Below are positions 54,221 through 64,000 of a DNA stretch of 64,000 nucleotides, in pieces (within the stretch, counting starts at the first letter, position 1; every line of letters begins with the position of its first letter). The position numbers and the translations under genes were made by a program. Source of the DNA: an uncultured Acidimicrobiaceae bacterium (GTDB lineage: Bacteria; Actinomycetota; Acidimicrobiia; Acidimicrobiales; Palsa-688); contig CAWJSS010000002.1 in the NCBI GenBank assembly GCA_963845605.1, positions 343,018-407,017 on the forward strand. The letters run 5' to 3'. The notes under the pieces were generated by a model that ran no database searches, had not been told where the DNA came from, and was given only the letters and a program-made list of their open reading frames with translations.

Positions 54221-57197
54221 ATGCCAAAGAGGCCGGCCAAGTTAGGAGAAACGGAGCGGGACAACCTCGGGCAGGCGCTGGCCGATGTCCTCCGAGGCGA
54301 AGTCCGCTTCGATGCGACCACGCGGGCGGCCTACTCCAGCGACTCGTCCAATTACCGGCAGGTCCCCCTCGGGGTGGTCTTTCCGGTCGACCAGTCCGAC
54401 GTGGAGGCGGCGGCCCGGCTGGCAGCGGACGCCGGGGCTGCTCTTCTGGCGCGCGGCGCCGGCACCAGCCTCGCCGGCCAGGCTTGCAATGAAGCGGTCA
54501 TCGTGGACATGTCGAGGCACATGACCCGGGTGCTCGAGATCGACCCGGGACGCCGCATGGCCAGGGTGCAGCCGGGGGTTGTCCTCGACGACCTGCGCCG
54601 GGAAACCGAGCGCCATGGCCTCACTTTCGGCCCGGACCCGGCCACCCACGCCTGGTGCACCTTGGGCGGCATGATCGGCAATAACTCGTGTGGCACCCAC
54701 GGCCTTTATGCCGGCAAGACGTCCGACAACGTCGATCGGCTCACGGTCGTCTTGGCCGGTGGGGAGACGCTCCAGGTGGGCGAGTACCCGCCCGCCGTTC
54801 TTGGCGACGTGGTCGCTTCCGGTGGACGGCTCGGCCGGTTGCTTTCGGGCCTCCAGGACCTGGAACAGCGGTACAGGGCTCTCGTCAAGGAGCGCTTCCC
54901 CACCATCCCGCGCCGCGTCAGCGGCTACAACCTGGACGAGCTGGCCCCCGAGCGGAACCTCAATGTCGCCCGCGCCCTCGTGGGCACGGAGTCGACTTGC
55001 GCGTTTACGACCGAAGCGACGCTCAGGCTGGTGACCAGCCCCGCCCAGCGGTGCCTCGTCGCCCTCGGGTACCCGGATGTCTTCGCCGCCGCGGAGGCGG
55101 TGCCCGAGCTGCTGGCCCACTCCCTCCTGGCCCTGGAAGGCTTCGACCGTACCCTCGTCGACCAGATGGAGGCTCATGGGCTGAACGCGGAAGGCGTCGC
55201 CCTCCTGCCTGATGGCAACGGTTGGTTGCTGGCCGAACTGGGAGGGGAGACGGCCGATGAAGCAACTTCACTCGCTGCCGACCTGGTTGCGTCCCTCCCC
55301 TCTGGGGTCAGTGCCCGTCAGGTCAGCGACCCGGCCACGCAGCGCCAGCTGTGGGCGGTACGCGAGTCCGGGCTGGGGGCCACTGCCATCCGCCTCGACG
55401 GCCACCACAACTACGAAGGGTGGGAGGACGGGGCCGTCCCGCCGACGCGCCTAGCTGAGTACCTGCGAGGGATAACGGCTTTATGGGCCCAACACGGGTA
55501 TTCCGGCGCCTGGTACGGGCATTTCGGGCAAGGTTGCGTCCACACCCGCAACAACTTCGACCTCGGGAGCGCAGAAGGGCTGCGCCAGTACCGCTCGTAC
55601 GTAACCGCGGCCGCCGAGTTGGTGGTGTCGCTGGGCGGTTCTCTTTCCGGCGAACATGGCGACGGCCAGAGCCGCGGTGAGCTGTTGAAGGTGATGTTCG
55701 GCCCCGAGCTGGTGCAGGCGTTCGGGGAGTTCAAGGCGTTGTGGGACCCCGACGGGCTGATGAACCCGGGCAAGGTCGTCGACCCGTACCCGCTCGACAC
55801 GAACATCCGCTATGCCGACCTGCACGAGCCGGTCAAGCTACGACCGACGGGGTATTCGTTCGCCAAAGACGATGGGTCCCTGATGAACGCCGGCCTGCGC
55901 TGTGTCGGTGTGGGCCGGTGCCGGCGCGACGATGCCGCCACCATGTGCCCGTCGTACCGCGCCACCCGCGACGAAGTCCATTCCACGCGAGGGCGGGCCA
56001 AAGTGCTGACGGAGATGTTCCAGGGCGACAAGGCACCGGCCTCATGGCGCAACGAGCAGGTACGGGAAGCCCTCGAGCTGTGCCTGTCTTGCAAGGCTTG
56101 TGCGTCGGACTGCCCGACCCATGTCGATATGGCGACTTATAAGTCCGAGTTCCTGTCGCACTACTACAAGGGTCGCCGGCGGCCGTCCGCCATGTACGCC
56201 ATGGGCCTTCTCCCCCTGGCGGCGCGCGCCGCCACCTGGTCCCCGTCGACGGCAAGGCTCGTGAACTGCCTCCCTCGGCTCCCCTATCGTCGGCGCCCAG
56301 CTAAAACGCCTGGCCGGTGTCACCACGGAGCGCCCGGCGCCTCGCTTCGACCCGGGAGGGCGACGGACGGGATCCGCTCGCGGAGAGTTCCCGGGCGTAC
56401 GGGACCGGGAGCCCTCGGCCACCTCAGTGGTGGTGTGGCCCGACACGTTCACCGACGCGTTCAACCCGGGCGTGACCAGCGACATTATCGGCGCGTTCGA
56501 GGCTCTGGGCGAGACGGTGGCCGTGCCTTCGGCGTGGGCCTGCTGCGGGCGCACGTTGTACGACTTCGGGCTACTGGACCTGGCCAAACGCTGGCTGCGG
56601 AGGCTAATCACGGTCCTGGCTCCGTGGGCCGCCGCCGACATACCTGTGGTCGTGCCCGAGCCCAGCTGCCTGGCCGCCTTTCGCGACGAGCTGCCCGCCC
56701 TCTTGCCTGGGAACCCGCGGGCTGCCCGCCTGGCCGCCCTGGCCCGAAGCCCGGCTGAGCACCTCGTCCAGGCTGGCCACCTTGACAAGCTGGCCGCTCC
56801 CGTTGATGGAGGAGGGGGCCGGGCCATCCTGCACCCCCACTGTCACCAGCGCTCGGTTATCGGTACCACCGCCGACCAGGCAGTCCTCAGAGCTATGGGC
56901 CTCACGGTGGACGTCCTCGACGCCGGCTGTTGCGGTTTGGCTGGGTCTTTCGGGTTTGACGCCCGTCACGAGCCCGTCTCCCGCAAGATCGGCGAGGATC
57001 TCTGGCTGCCGAAGGTGCGCGCCGCCATGGCGGAGGCCCCGTCACCGTCGAGCCCAGCGAGTAATGCTGGCCCGAGCTACCTGGTCATCGACGGTTTCAG
57101 TTGCCGGTCGCAGCTCGAGCACTTGGGCCCGGACCTAGTCGGGCGCACCACGACACTGGCGGCTCTCGTCCGCTCGCGAGCAGCCGCCGTACGCTGA
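54221..57197 (+). pseudogene. FAD-binding (GlcD-like) plus Fe-S/CCG-domain oxidoreductase, with a +1 frameshift near 56262-56285
   Basis: The FAD-binding PCMH region (LLARGAGTSLAGQ) and the ferredoxin-like CxxCxxC (CLSCKACASDCP) are in frame 2. After ...STARLVNCLPR the frame degenerates into Arg/Gly junk, while frame 0 continues (SPIVGAQLKRLAGVTTERPAPRF...VVVWPDTFTDAFNP...CCGLAGSFGF) to 57197. Confidence 0.85.
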
Positions 57198-57664
57198 GCG
57201 GAGAGGCTGGGCTTCGGGTCCGGCGCTGCGGCCCGGACGATGTCATAGGCCTGCGCCAGGCCGTGCTTCGGCCTCATATGAGCATCGAGGAAGCCCGTTA
57301 CGCAGTGGACCGTTGCCCTGGGACGGCTCACTTCTGCGCCGAGGACGAGAGCGGCCACGTGGTTAGCGTGGCTTCCTTATTGAAAGAAGCGCCCGCCTGG
57401 CAACCCGATGCTGCGGCCAGCTGGCACCTGCGCGGTATGGCCACCGTTGCTGATTGGCGCGGCCGGGGTGCAGGGTCGGCGGTGTTGGCCGCCCTCTTCG
57501 CCTACGTGGCCGCCTCGGGCGGCGGCCTGCTGTGGTGCAATGCACGTCTTAGCGCCGTGAACTTCTACGAACGGGCGGGATTGGCCACGACCGGTGAGCC
57601 CTGGGAGGAGCCGGTCATCGGGCCGCATATCGCCATGTTCACCGTCATCAGGGGGTCGCAGTAA
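57101..57664 (+). CDS. GNAT-family N-acetyltransferase; start uncertain
   Basis: Acetyl-CoA motif RGRGAGSAVLAAL and C-terminus NFYERAGL. The conserved core begins about 57212 (LRVRRCGPDDVIGLRQAVL). There is no ATG/GTG/TTG between the upstream stop (57197) and the core, so the start is either the overlapping ATG 57101 or a CTG at 57194, or a further indel is present. Confidence 0.55.
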   Translation: MPVAARALGPGPSRAHHDTGGSRPLASSRRTLSGEAGLRVRRCGPDDVIGLRQAVLRPHMSIEEARYAVDRCPGTAHFCAEDESGHVVSVASLLKEAPAWQPDAAASWHLRGMATVADWRGRGAGSAVLAALFAYVAASGGGLLWCNARLSAVNFYERAGLATTGEPWEEPVIGPHIAMFTVIRGSQ

Positions 57665-57718
57665 TTAGCGACGGCGGGACGCCGTTGGTTGCCACAGAAG
57701 AGTGAGATAGGGTGCGCT

Positions 57719-59491
57719 GTGGACGATGTCCCACTAAAGGATTACCGGGCCAAGCGGAATTTCGGGGCCACTCCCGAACCCTCTGGCCAGCGGGCGCAGG
57801 CAGAAGACCAAGGCAACCGGTGGGTCATACAGCAACACTCGGCTCGGAGGATGCATTACGATTTCCGGCTCGAAGCCGAAGGGGTCCTCATTTCCTGGGC
57901 CGTGCCCAAAGGTCCTTCTTACGACCCGGGCGTCAAGCGATTGGCAGTAAAAGTCGAAGACCACCCGCTCGATTACCGGGAGTTCGAGGGAATTATCCCT
58001 CGGGATAATTACGGCGCCGGGTCCGTCATTGTGTGGGACGAGGGCACTTACCGGAACATGACGGAAAAAGGGACGAAGCCCATCCCCGTGACCGAAGCGG
58101 TCGCCCACGGGCACGTTTCGGTCTGGCTCGAGGGCCACAAGCTCAAAGGCGGGTGGGCGCTCACCCGGTTCGGTGCAGAGTCGACATCCTGGGCGCTGGT
58201 AAAGCGAAAGGACGAATATGCAGATCCGGCAAAGGACGTAACCGGCGACGAACCGCGCTCGGTCAAGAGCGGACGTACGGTCGAAGAGGTGGCCCGAGAT
58301 CCCGAGGCTCAGAAATGGATCTCCAACCGGCCCGAGCGGGCGGCAGACGATGCCAGCTCGAGCGGTGCTCACCCCGGCGGGGCGGACGACGCCAGCCCGA
58401 AAGCGGCCAGCCCAAGCGGGGACAGCCCTAAAGCCGGGCATGCCAGCGGTACCGGCGCCGAGGATAACGGGGCCGCCGGCGCCGGCCACCAGCAGTACGC
58501 CCGGGCCGCTTTTCCCGAACCGATGCTGGCCGAGGCGGGCCCGCCCGGAGATTCGGGTGCCCGAAGCCCATTGACGGCTCGAGCCGGAGAGTGGCTGTTT
58601 GAGCCGAAACTTGACGGGTTGCGCTGCCTCGCGGTCCGCAACGGGAGAGACGTCTCCCTTTTATCGCGCAACGAGCTGTCGTTCAACGAGCGTTTCCCGG
58701 CCATCGTCAGTGCGGTTAGAGCACTGCCCGCCAGCAACGTCGTCCTCGATGGCGAACTGGTCGGGATGATCGAGCGGCGGCCTGATTTCGGCGCTTTACA
58801 GCACGGCAGCGCCGCCGATATCGAGTACTGGGTTTTCGATATGCCCTGGCTTCTCGGCCAGGACCTGCGCCACCTCCCGATCGAGGAACGCAAAGGCCTC
58901 TTGGTCAAGGCCGTACCCGACGGAGGCCCGATAAGGGTGGTGCCGACGTTGGATGGCGACCCCAACCAGTTGTTTACGGCCGCGTGCTCGCAGGGCTGGG
59001 AAGGTCTGGTAGCCAAGCGGGCTGGCTCTGTCTACCGTGGAGGGCGTTCGTCTGAATGGCGCAAGCTCAAATGCGAATGCAGGCAGGAGATGGTGATCGG
59101 CGGCTTCACCGAACCTCAAGGGTCGAGGGAGAGCTTTGGCGCGTTGTTGCTCGGGTACTGGGAGGGCGACGCTCTGGTGTATGCCGGCAAGGTGGGGACC
59201 GGTTTCAACCGGGCTACGCTTCGCGAACTGTCCAAGACGTTGTCAGGGCTGGAACGGCCGTCGAGCCCTTTTGTCGCCGGGGAAGTAGAAAGAGGCGCTC
59301 GCTGGGTGGAGCCCGAACTGGTGGCCGAAGTCGCGTTCAGCAACTGGACCCGCGATGGCCGGCTTCGTCACCCCAGTTTTGTCAGGGCCCGTCCCGACAA
59401 GGCCAGCCGCGATGTCGTACGAGAAGAATGCGGGTCTCGGCCGTCGCGCCCGCCGAACCGGGGTGCGGCCCGCCGCCGGTCCGTGCCCTGA
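57719..59491 (+). CDS. ligD: LigD-type ATP-dependent DNA ligase with N-terminal 3'-phosphoesterase domain (no polymerase domain)
   Basis: PE domain: [40 protein letters not shown]. Then a ~90-aa Ala/Gly/Ser/Pro linker. Ligase domain with the adenylation motif [12 protein letters not shown], then EGLVAKR and WRKLK. GTG 57719 follows GAGATAGGG; the TTG at 57689 is an alternative start. Confidence 0.85.
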   Translation: MDDVPLKDYRAKRNFGATPEPSGQRAQAEDQGNRWVIQQHSARRMHYDFRLEAEGVLISWAVPKGPSYDPGVKRLAVKVEDHPLDYREFEGIIPRDNYGAGSVIVWDEGTYRNMTEKGTKPIPVTEAVAHGHVSVWLEGHKLKGGWALTRFGAESTSWALVKRKDEYADPAKDVTGDEPRSVKSGRTVEEVARDPEAQKWISNRPERAADDASSSGAHPGGADDASPKAASPSGDSPKAGHASGTGAEDNGAAGAGHQQYARAAFPEPMLAEAGPPGDSGARSPLTARAGEWLFEPKLDGLRCLAVRNGRDVSLLSRNELSFNERFPAIVSAVRALPASNVVLDGELVGMIERRPDFGALQHGSAADIEYWVFDMPWLLGQDLRHLPIEERKGLLVKAVPDGGPIRVVPTLDGDPNQLFTAACSQGWEGLVAKRAGSVYRGGRSSEWRKLKCECRQEMVIGGFTEPQGSRESFGALLLGYWEGDALVYAGKVGTGFNRATLRELSKTLSGLERPSSPFVAGEVERGARWVEPELVAEVAFSNWTRDGRLRHPSFVRARPDKASRDVVREECGSRPSRPPNRGAARRRSVP

Positions 59492-59630
59492 AGTACCTCT
59501 TCAGAGGGGAGTTACGGCCGTTCTCAACCGGTACACTGAGTGTTACCCGGGGTGGAGTGTTGATAACGTAGGCGTACCCGAAGGCGCCCACAGCCCTCGC
59601 GTACCTTGCCAAATAAGGAGGAAGAGCACA

Positions 59631-59873
59631 CTGCCGAACACGAACACGAATACGAACGCAAAGGAGCAGGCGATCCTGCTGGAGGGGACCGTCGTCGAGT
59701 CCCTGAAAAACGCGACGTTCCGCGTAAAGACCGACAACGGCCACGAAGTTCTGGCCCACAATTCCGGCAAGATGCGGATGCACCGTATCCGCGTGCTGCC
59801 TGGCGACCGGGTCCAGGTGGAGATCAGCCCCTACGACCTCAAACGAGGGCGCATCACTTACAGGTTCAAGTAA
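59631..59873 (+). CDS. infA: translation initiation factor IF-1; non-canonical (CTG?) start
   Basis: ...[67 protein letters not shown] is unmistakably IF-1. A strong AAGGAGG lies at 59615-59621. The only in-frame candidate at proper spacing is CTG 59631. There is no ATG/GTG/TTG between the SD and the conserved core. Confidence 0.85.
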   Translation: MPNTNTNTNAKEQAILLEGTVVESLKNATFRVKTDNGHEVLAHNSGKMRMHRIRVLPGDRVQVEISPYDLKRGRITYRFK

Positions 59874-59962
59874 CAACGTCTACTGGCGGGTAGGCGGCAG
59901 CCGGGAAATGGCCCTGCAGTTTTTCTCTTTGCAAGTCGGGAAACCCAACGTTTTTTACGGCG

Positions 59963-61318
59963 CTACGTGGACCGCGCCCGTGGCCCCCACGAGATGAACG
60001 TGGGCTGGCCGCCCCCCAGGCTCCAGTCTCCCTGCGGAGCGCGCTCGGCCGCTGCCACGCTGACCTGGACCAGGGCGCCAAGCAGTTCGGCGGCTACGAG
60101 CGCCTCATCGAGGAAGGAGGTGGCCGCCGCCATCCGTCCACCGGCGTGCAGGTACCCGAGGCATGCCTCGAGGACGTCGGCGCCCCCATCCCGCACGAAG
60201 ATCCGATCTGGCCGCGGCAGGCCGGCCAGGCCTTCAGGCGCATGGACGTTGTGGACTTTGACCGCCGCCGATTGGCGGGTGGCGTTGGCCCGAGCCTGAG
60301 TGGCGCCCCTTGGGTCCGCCTCGACGGCGTGGACCTCCAGGCCCGGAGCTAGCAGTGCGGCCTCTATGGCCACACTGGCGGCACCAGCGCCGACGGACCA
60401 GAGCACGCCGACGAGGGGGAGGTCGAGCTTCGAGAGCACGGTGGCTCTCACCTCTGGCTGGCTGGCCATCCCGTCCCTGTGTAGGAAGGCGCCCGCTTCT
60501 CTCCCGAAGATGGCTCCTCCCAGCCAGGACCGGCTGGCCCCGCTCCACTCGCTGCCCGTTGAGCCGTGGGGCTCGAGCGCTTCGCGTGGCAGCAAGAGGA
60601 CCACTGACGGCGGGTCCCAGGTGCCGGCGGCGAGACCGCCAAGGTCAGTAAGCGTGACTCGCTCCTGTGTTGTCCCCAAACGGCTGCAAACCGCGACCGA
60701 TAGCTGTTCACCTGGAGAAGGGGCCGCTTGGCCGCGGCCGCTTCGCGGCGTCCCCGTCGTCGTGTCGCTCGCGGCCGCGTCGAGCATGGCCTGGCCCACT
60801 CGCTCCGGCGGGGCGTCGCTGCTGGTTATGACGGCCACCTTGTGACCGCTTGCGCTGGCCCGGTGAGCGACCATGAAGGCGTCAAGGGAGTTGCGGCTCT
60901 GGGCTGAGACGACAATGGCGTCGTCCCAGGGCAACCCGAGACGGGCAAAAGCGAGGCTGACAACCGACGGCGCCGGGCGTACCTCCAGGCTGCCGGGCCC
61001 GAAGCGATCGGCAAAGACGCGGCCGACGCCGAAGAAGCCCGGGTCGCCCTGGACGAGGACACAAACTCGCCGGCCGCTGGAGATCATCTCGGCGGTGCGG
61101 TCGAGGGCCACGGCCAGGCTGGCGCCCGAAGAGCCCACGGGCAGTACGGCCTTGCCTGACGGGACCATTTCGAGGTACCGGAGAGCGCCTACGTAAAGGT
61201 CGGCCTCGGGCAGGGAGTCATGCGAAGGCAGGCCGACAACCACGATCGGCGGCGACGACTTCTTTTGCTGGGGCGAGATGGCGGGCGGAAAGGCGCCCGG
61301 CGGCTGGCTCAGCGCCAC
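59963..61318 (-). CDS. cobL: precorrin-6Y C5,15-methyltransferase (decarboxylating), CbiE/CbiT fusion
   Basis: N-terminal tetrapyrrole methylase (IVVVGLPS...VLVQGDPGFFGVG) and C-terminal SAM methyltransferase (LWSVGAGAASVAIEAALL). The start overlaps the upstream phosphodiesterase gene by 10 nt. Confidence 0.8.
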   Translation of the reverse strand: MALSQPPGAFPPAISPQQKKSSPPIVVVGLPSHDSLPEADLYVGALRYLEMVPSGKAVLPVGSSGASLAVALDRTAEMISSGRRVCVLVQGDPGFFGVGRVFADRFGPGSLEVRPAPSVVSLAFARLGLPWDDAIVVSAQSRNSLDAFMVAHRASASGHKVAVITSSDAPPERVGQAMLDAAASDTTTGTPRSGRGQAAPSPGEQLSVAVCSRLGTTQERVTLTDLGGLAAGTWDPPSVVLLLPREALEPHGSTGSEWSGASRSWLGGAIFGREAGAFLHRDGMASQPEVRATVLSKLDLPLVGVLWSVGAGAASVAIEAALLAPGLEVHAVEADPRGATQARANATRQSAAVKVHNVHAPEGLAGLPRPDRIFVRDGGADVLEACLGYLHAGGRMAAATSFLDEALVAAELLGALVQVSVAAAERAPQGDWSLGGGQPTFISWGPRARST

Positions 61319-62070
61319 TGGCCCCGCCTCTCCAGCACCTGTTTCAGCGTGGTGGGCCGATCGGTCATGATCCCGTCCACCCCCAGGTCGAGCAATTGTT
61401 CGATGGCCGCCGGCTCGTCAACGGTCCAAACGTGGACGGCCAAGCCGGCCCGGTGGCAAACGCGCAGGAAGGCGGCGTCGACGATGCGGACGCCGCGTTG
61501 CTGCACCGGGACCTGAGCGGCGACGGCGTGGGTCCGGACCGGGACCCGGGAGAAGACCTTGGCCGCTACCAGCGTCGCTACCGTACGACGTCCGGCACTG
61601 GTGGCCAACTGCGGCCCGAGGGCAGCCCGGACCTGCTCCGAGCGCCGGTCCGAGAACGCAGCGACGAGCACTCTTTCCACCGACGCCGTCCGTCTCAGCA
61701 CGTCCACCACCGGGGCTACGGCCTCGGGCGTCTTCACGTCGATGTTCCAGCGGACATGTGGCCACGCGGACAAGAGATCCTCCAGGCGGGGGATCTCACG
61801 GCCATCCTGCAGCTTGTATTGACGAACCTCCGACCACGCCATCTTGGACAGAGGTCCGGGGTGGCCAGTGACCCGGTCGAGGGTCGGGTCGTGCAGAGCG
61901 ACCGCCACGCCGTCGGCCGTGGCCCGGACGTCGGTCTCCATATACCGATAACCGAGGGAAATGGCGTGCTCGAAGGCGGCCCAACTGTTCTCCGGCGTCT
62001 CCGCGGCGCCGCCGCGATGGGCGAAGGCCACCGGGCCCGGGTGGTCCAGGAAGGGGAAAGGTGTCGGCAT
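61309..62070 (-). CDS. glycerophosphodiester phosphodiesterase
   Basis: AFAHRGGAAETPENSWAAFEHAISLGYRYMETDVRATADGVAVALHD is the GDPD signature (HR...E.D). Confidence 0.88.
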   Translation of the reverse strand: MPTPFPFLDHPGPVAFAHRGGAAETPENSWAAFEHAISLGYRYMETDVRATADGVAVALHDPTLDRVTGHPGPLSKMAWSEVRQYKLQDGREIPRLEDLLSAWPHVRWNIDVKTPEAVAPVVDVLRRTASVERVLVAAFSDRRSEQVRAALGPQLATSAGRRTVATLVAAKVFSRVPVRTHAVAAQVPVQQRGVRIVDAAFLRVCHRAGLAVHVWTVDEPAAIEQLLDLGVDGIMTDRPTTLKQVLERRGQWR

Positions 62071-62121
62071 TGCACCCCAAAGGTATAGGGGTTCGGCCAG
62101 CTCTCACAGGCTCAGGCGACC

Positions 62122-63415
62122 ATGAAGAGGGTGAAATTAAGGACGCCAAAGCGGTACGGTTTGCCGGTGAATGGTTCGCCAGTGAGCGGCATAGACATTT
62201 CCACCGCCCGCCTCGTCCCCGGGACCGGCACAGACGGGTGGCTAGCCCGGCTGCCGGGCGCCGTCGTGTGGGTACCCGGCAGCGGGCACGACGCTGAGGA
62301 GCTGATCTCCGCCTGCTTGACCGCCTCGAGCCCCACGGAGCTGTTGGGCCGGGTCGGGTCCAGACTGGCCGACCCCGAGGCCGCCCCGTGGCCGCCTTTC
62401 GCCATCGCTGCCTCTCGTGGGCCCGAACTGGTCGCTGTCGTCCACGGTCCCGTAGAGCTGATAGAAGACCAGGACGGCGAGGAAAGGCGGCTGTTCGGGG
62501 GGGAGGACGTCGGTTCGTGGCTGAACCGGCTCTTGAGAGGAGCGGGGGCGTTACGAGCGGGTCAGGCCGGTGACAACGAGGGCCTGGCCGACCTTCGGGA
62601 AGGCGTCATCAGAGCGAGTGGCTTCTTGCTGGTGCACTCCAGCCGCCCGGCCGAGGCGCCAGCCAGCTCACAAGCCACAGCCACAACAACAGGCGCAGCC
62701 ACAGCCACAACAACAGGCGCAGGCCGTGCGCCGGGAGGCCCAGGCTTCTTCGCGCCAAGCCACCAGGGTGCCCGAAGCCGTGCTGCTCGAGGCCGATAGC
62801 CCGACCGTCGTGGACCAGGTGTTCACCGACACCGACGTCACGATCGCCGACCAGGAGAGCCCGGAGAGCGCGCTGCTGGCTGAGCGGGAAACGATCGGGG
62901 TGGCGCCGGCTGGGCAAGTCGTGACTTCCCACGCGGGTGCTGGCATTGTCAGCGGCGTCTACTGCCCCCGCGACCACCTCAACGACCCACGGGATGAGTT
63001 CTGCCGGACGTGCGGGTTGCCGCTGGTTCCCGGCGGTCCCGAAGTAGAGGGGCCTCGCCCGCCCCTCGGGAAGCTGACGTGGGACAACGGAGAGGTGCAC
63101 GAGCTCCTGGGCGCCGCCCTGGTGGGCCGGGACGTGGGCCTCGACGGCGCCGTCGTCTCGGGGGAGCTGGCCGCCCTCGTACCCTCGGGGCAGAACGACA
63201 GCATGTCCCGCGTGCACGCAGAGCTGCGCCCGAGCGGGTGGGACGTCATCGTTATCGACCGGGGTTCGACGAACGGCACGTTCATCTGGGACGAGGCGAG
63301 CAAGGCGTGGCAACGGCTGCTCCCGGACGAACCCCATGTGGTGAGGCCGGGTGCCGTGCTGGCCTTCGGCGAACGTACGGCCACGTTCGAGACGGTCGCC
63401 GTTCCTGCCGGATAA
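62122..63415 (+). pseudogene. FHA-domain protein with central zinc ribbon; apparent +1 frameshift in ~62720-62800 (alternatively two overlapping genes)
   Basis: ORF 62122..62799 is the N-terminal domain (...FAIAASRGPELVAVVHGPVELIEDQDG...GVIRASGFLLVH). ORF 62570..63415 carries CPRDHLNDPRDEFCRTCG and the FHA core (VGRD...SRVHAELRPSGWDVIVIDRGSTNGTFI). The frames switch in a low-complexity linker that contains a perfect 24-bp duplication. Confidence 0.6.
62674..62721. repeat. 24-bp perfect tandem duplication (gccacagccacaacaacaggcgca x2)
   Basis: Read directly. It encodes ATATTTGA x2 in one frame and PQPQQQAQ x2 in the other candidate frame of the FHA gene linker. Confidence 0.9.
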
Positions 63416-63481
63416 GGCCACAGCCGGACAACGCCGGTGACCTCCCCTCCGGTGGTTCTACGTGCGGCCGTACTGGGTCAA

Positions 63482-63507
63482 ATCGCGGCCCCTCAGGGGG
63501 CCGCGAT
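63482..63507. terminator. palindrome ATCGCGGCCCC-TCAG-GGGGCCGCGAT, second copy of the 40465-40491 element
   Basis: An 11-bp stem read directly, ~65 nt after the FHA gene stop. It is nearly identical to the element at 40465-40491. Confidence 0.5.
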
Positions 63508-63773
63508 CACACCCAGAAAGCGAAGGGCCGTCACGGGACGGCAATAACCGCCACTCGATGCCCCGCAGCCAGCGCCTTCGGTGGCCTTGGCCCTAGGACG
63601 ACGTTTCGGCGCCGTCGCCCCTTCACGGCGCCGTCGATTGTGAGCCGGCTCGAAATGGCCAGGCCAACCGCGCTCCGGGCCACTGGGGCGACCGCGGCGG
63701 GCCGGCCTACGGCCGTCTAGCTTGTTCGAAATTGACCCCTGCACGGGCGTCGCCGCGCCCTAGGGTGCTGTTA

Positions 63774-64000
63774 GTGGCTGACAAGGCGCATTTTGCTGAG
63801 CAGGCAATGCCTTACATGGGTTCTCTGTACAGCGCGGCTCTCCGCATGACGCGCAACCCTTCGGACGCTGAAGATCTGGTGCAGGAGACGTACCTGAAGG
63901 CGTACCGGGCCTTCGGTTCGTTCCAGGAGGGCACCAACCTCAAATCGTGGCTTTACAAGATCCTGACAAACACGTTCATCAACACGTACAGATCCAAACG
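63774..64000 (+). CDS. sigH: ECF-type RNA polymerase sigma factor, SigH/SigR-like, 5' part (continues beyond window)
   Basis: GTG 63774, then ...[66 protein letters not shown]. This closely resembles region 2 of mycobacterial SigH as I recall it ([18 protein letters not shown]...[23 protein letters not shown]). Confidence 0.8.
   Translation, partial: MADKAHFAEQAMPYMGSLYSAALRMTRNPSDAEDLVQETYLKAYRAFGSFQEGTNLKSWLYKILTNTFINTYRSK

Noticed and set aside
63527-63542. Hairpin GCCGTC-ACGG-GACGGC with an ACGR tetraloop (guanidine-II/mini-ykkC-like)
   Set aside because: Only one hairpin is present, whereas the riboswitch needs two. The closing pair orientation differs from what I recall, and the downstream gene is a sigma factor rather than a guanidine-related gene.

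Overview
This is a very G+C-rich, almost fully coding chromosomal segment. Its gene order (iscS-mnmA, ligA, gatCAB, ilvD, ilvBNC) looks actinobacterial, but I cannot assign a genus. By eye I found no rRNA, tRNA, CRISPR array, transposase, integrase, phage or recognisable defence genes.

Gene content:
- 1-7 kb: a complete GlgE alpha-glucan pathway operon (glgE-treS-mak-glgB).
- 7-37 kb: an L,D-transpeptidase, iscS-mnmA, ligA, gatCAB, ilvD, a VLCAD-like acyl-CoA dehydrogenase, ilvBNC with a leader-peptide attenuator, a GMC oxidoreductase, a quinone oxidoreductase, a nucleoside hydrolase, a D-Ala-D-Ala carboxypeptidase, an aspartate aminotransferase, and an agmatinase plus PLP-decarboxylase pair.
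- ~38-50 kb: a cell-envelope locus with a DUF4214/FkbM methyltransferase, GT4, GT2, GT4, an unknown ORF, a secreted S8 subtilase, a SpoIID/LytB protein and gmd.
- 50-64 kb: a SulP transporter, sucCD, a large FAD/Fe-S oxidase, a GNAT, a two-domain LigD, infA, cobL, a glycerophosphodiesterase, an FHA/zinc-ribbon protein and the start of a SigH-like ECF sigma factor.

Main observations:
1. At least 15 single-base frameshifts across 13 conserved genes, several of them essential. Many sit at G/C runs, so base-calling or assembly error is more likely than real gene decay. Seven of the 15 fall in the 10-kb envelope locus.
2. In-frame tandem repeats with a 15-nt period (pentapeptide inserts) recur in at least six unrelated genes.
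3. The adjacent subtilase and SpoIID protein share a C-terminal module of six ~42-aa GYWLV...DGG.FAFGDA.FYGS repeats. I cannot place this repeat in a named family. This pair is my best candidate for an undescribed system.
4. Several intergenic repeat families are present: an 81-bp tandem repeat, a 45-bp dispersed repeat, a GGCATTTGC array, TTCTCGGCG/CGCCGAGAA inverted repeats, a duplicated 26-27-nt palindrome and a GCCTGAT x6 array in a divergent promoter region.
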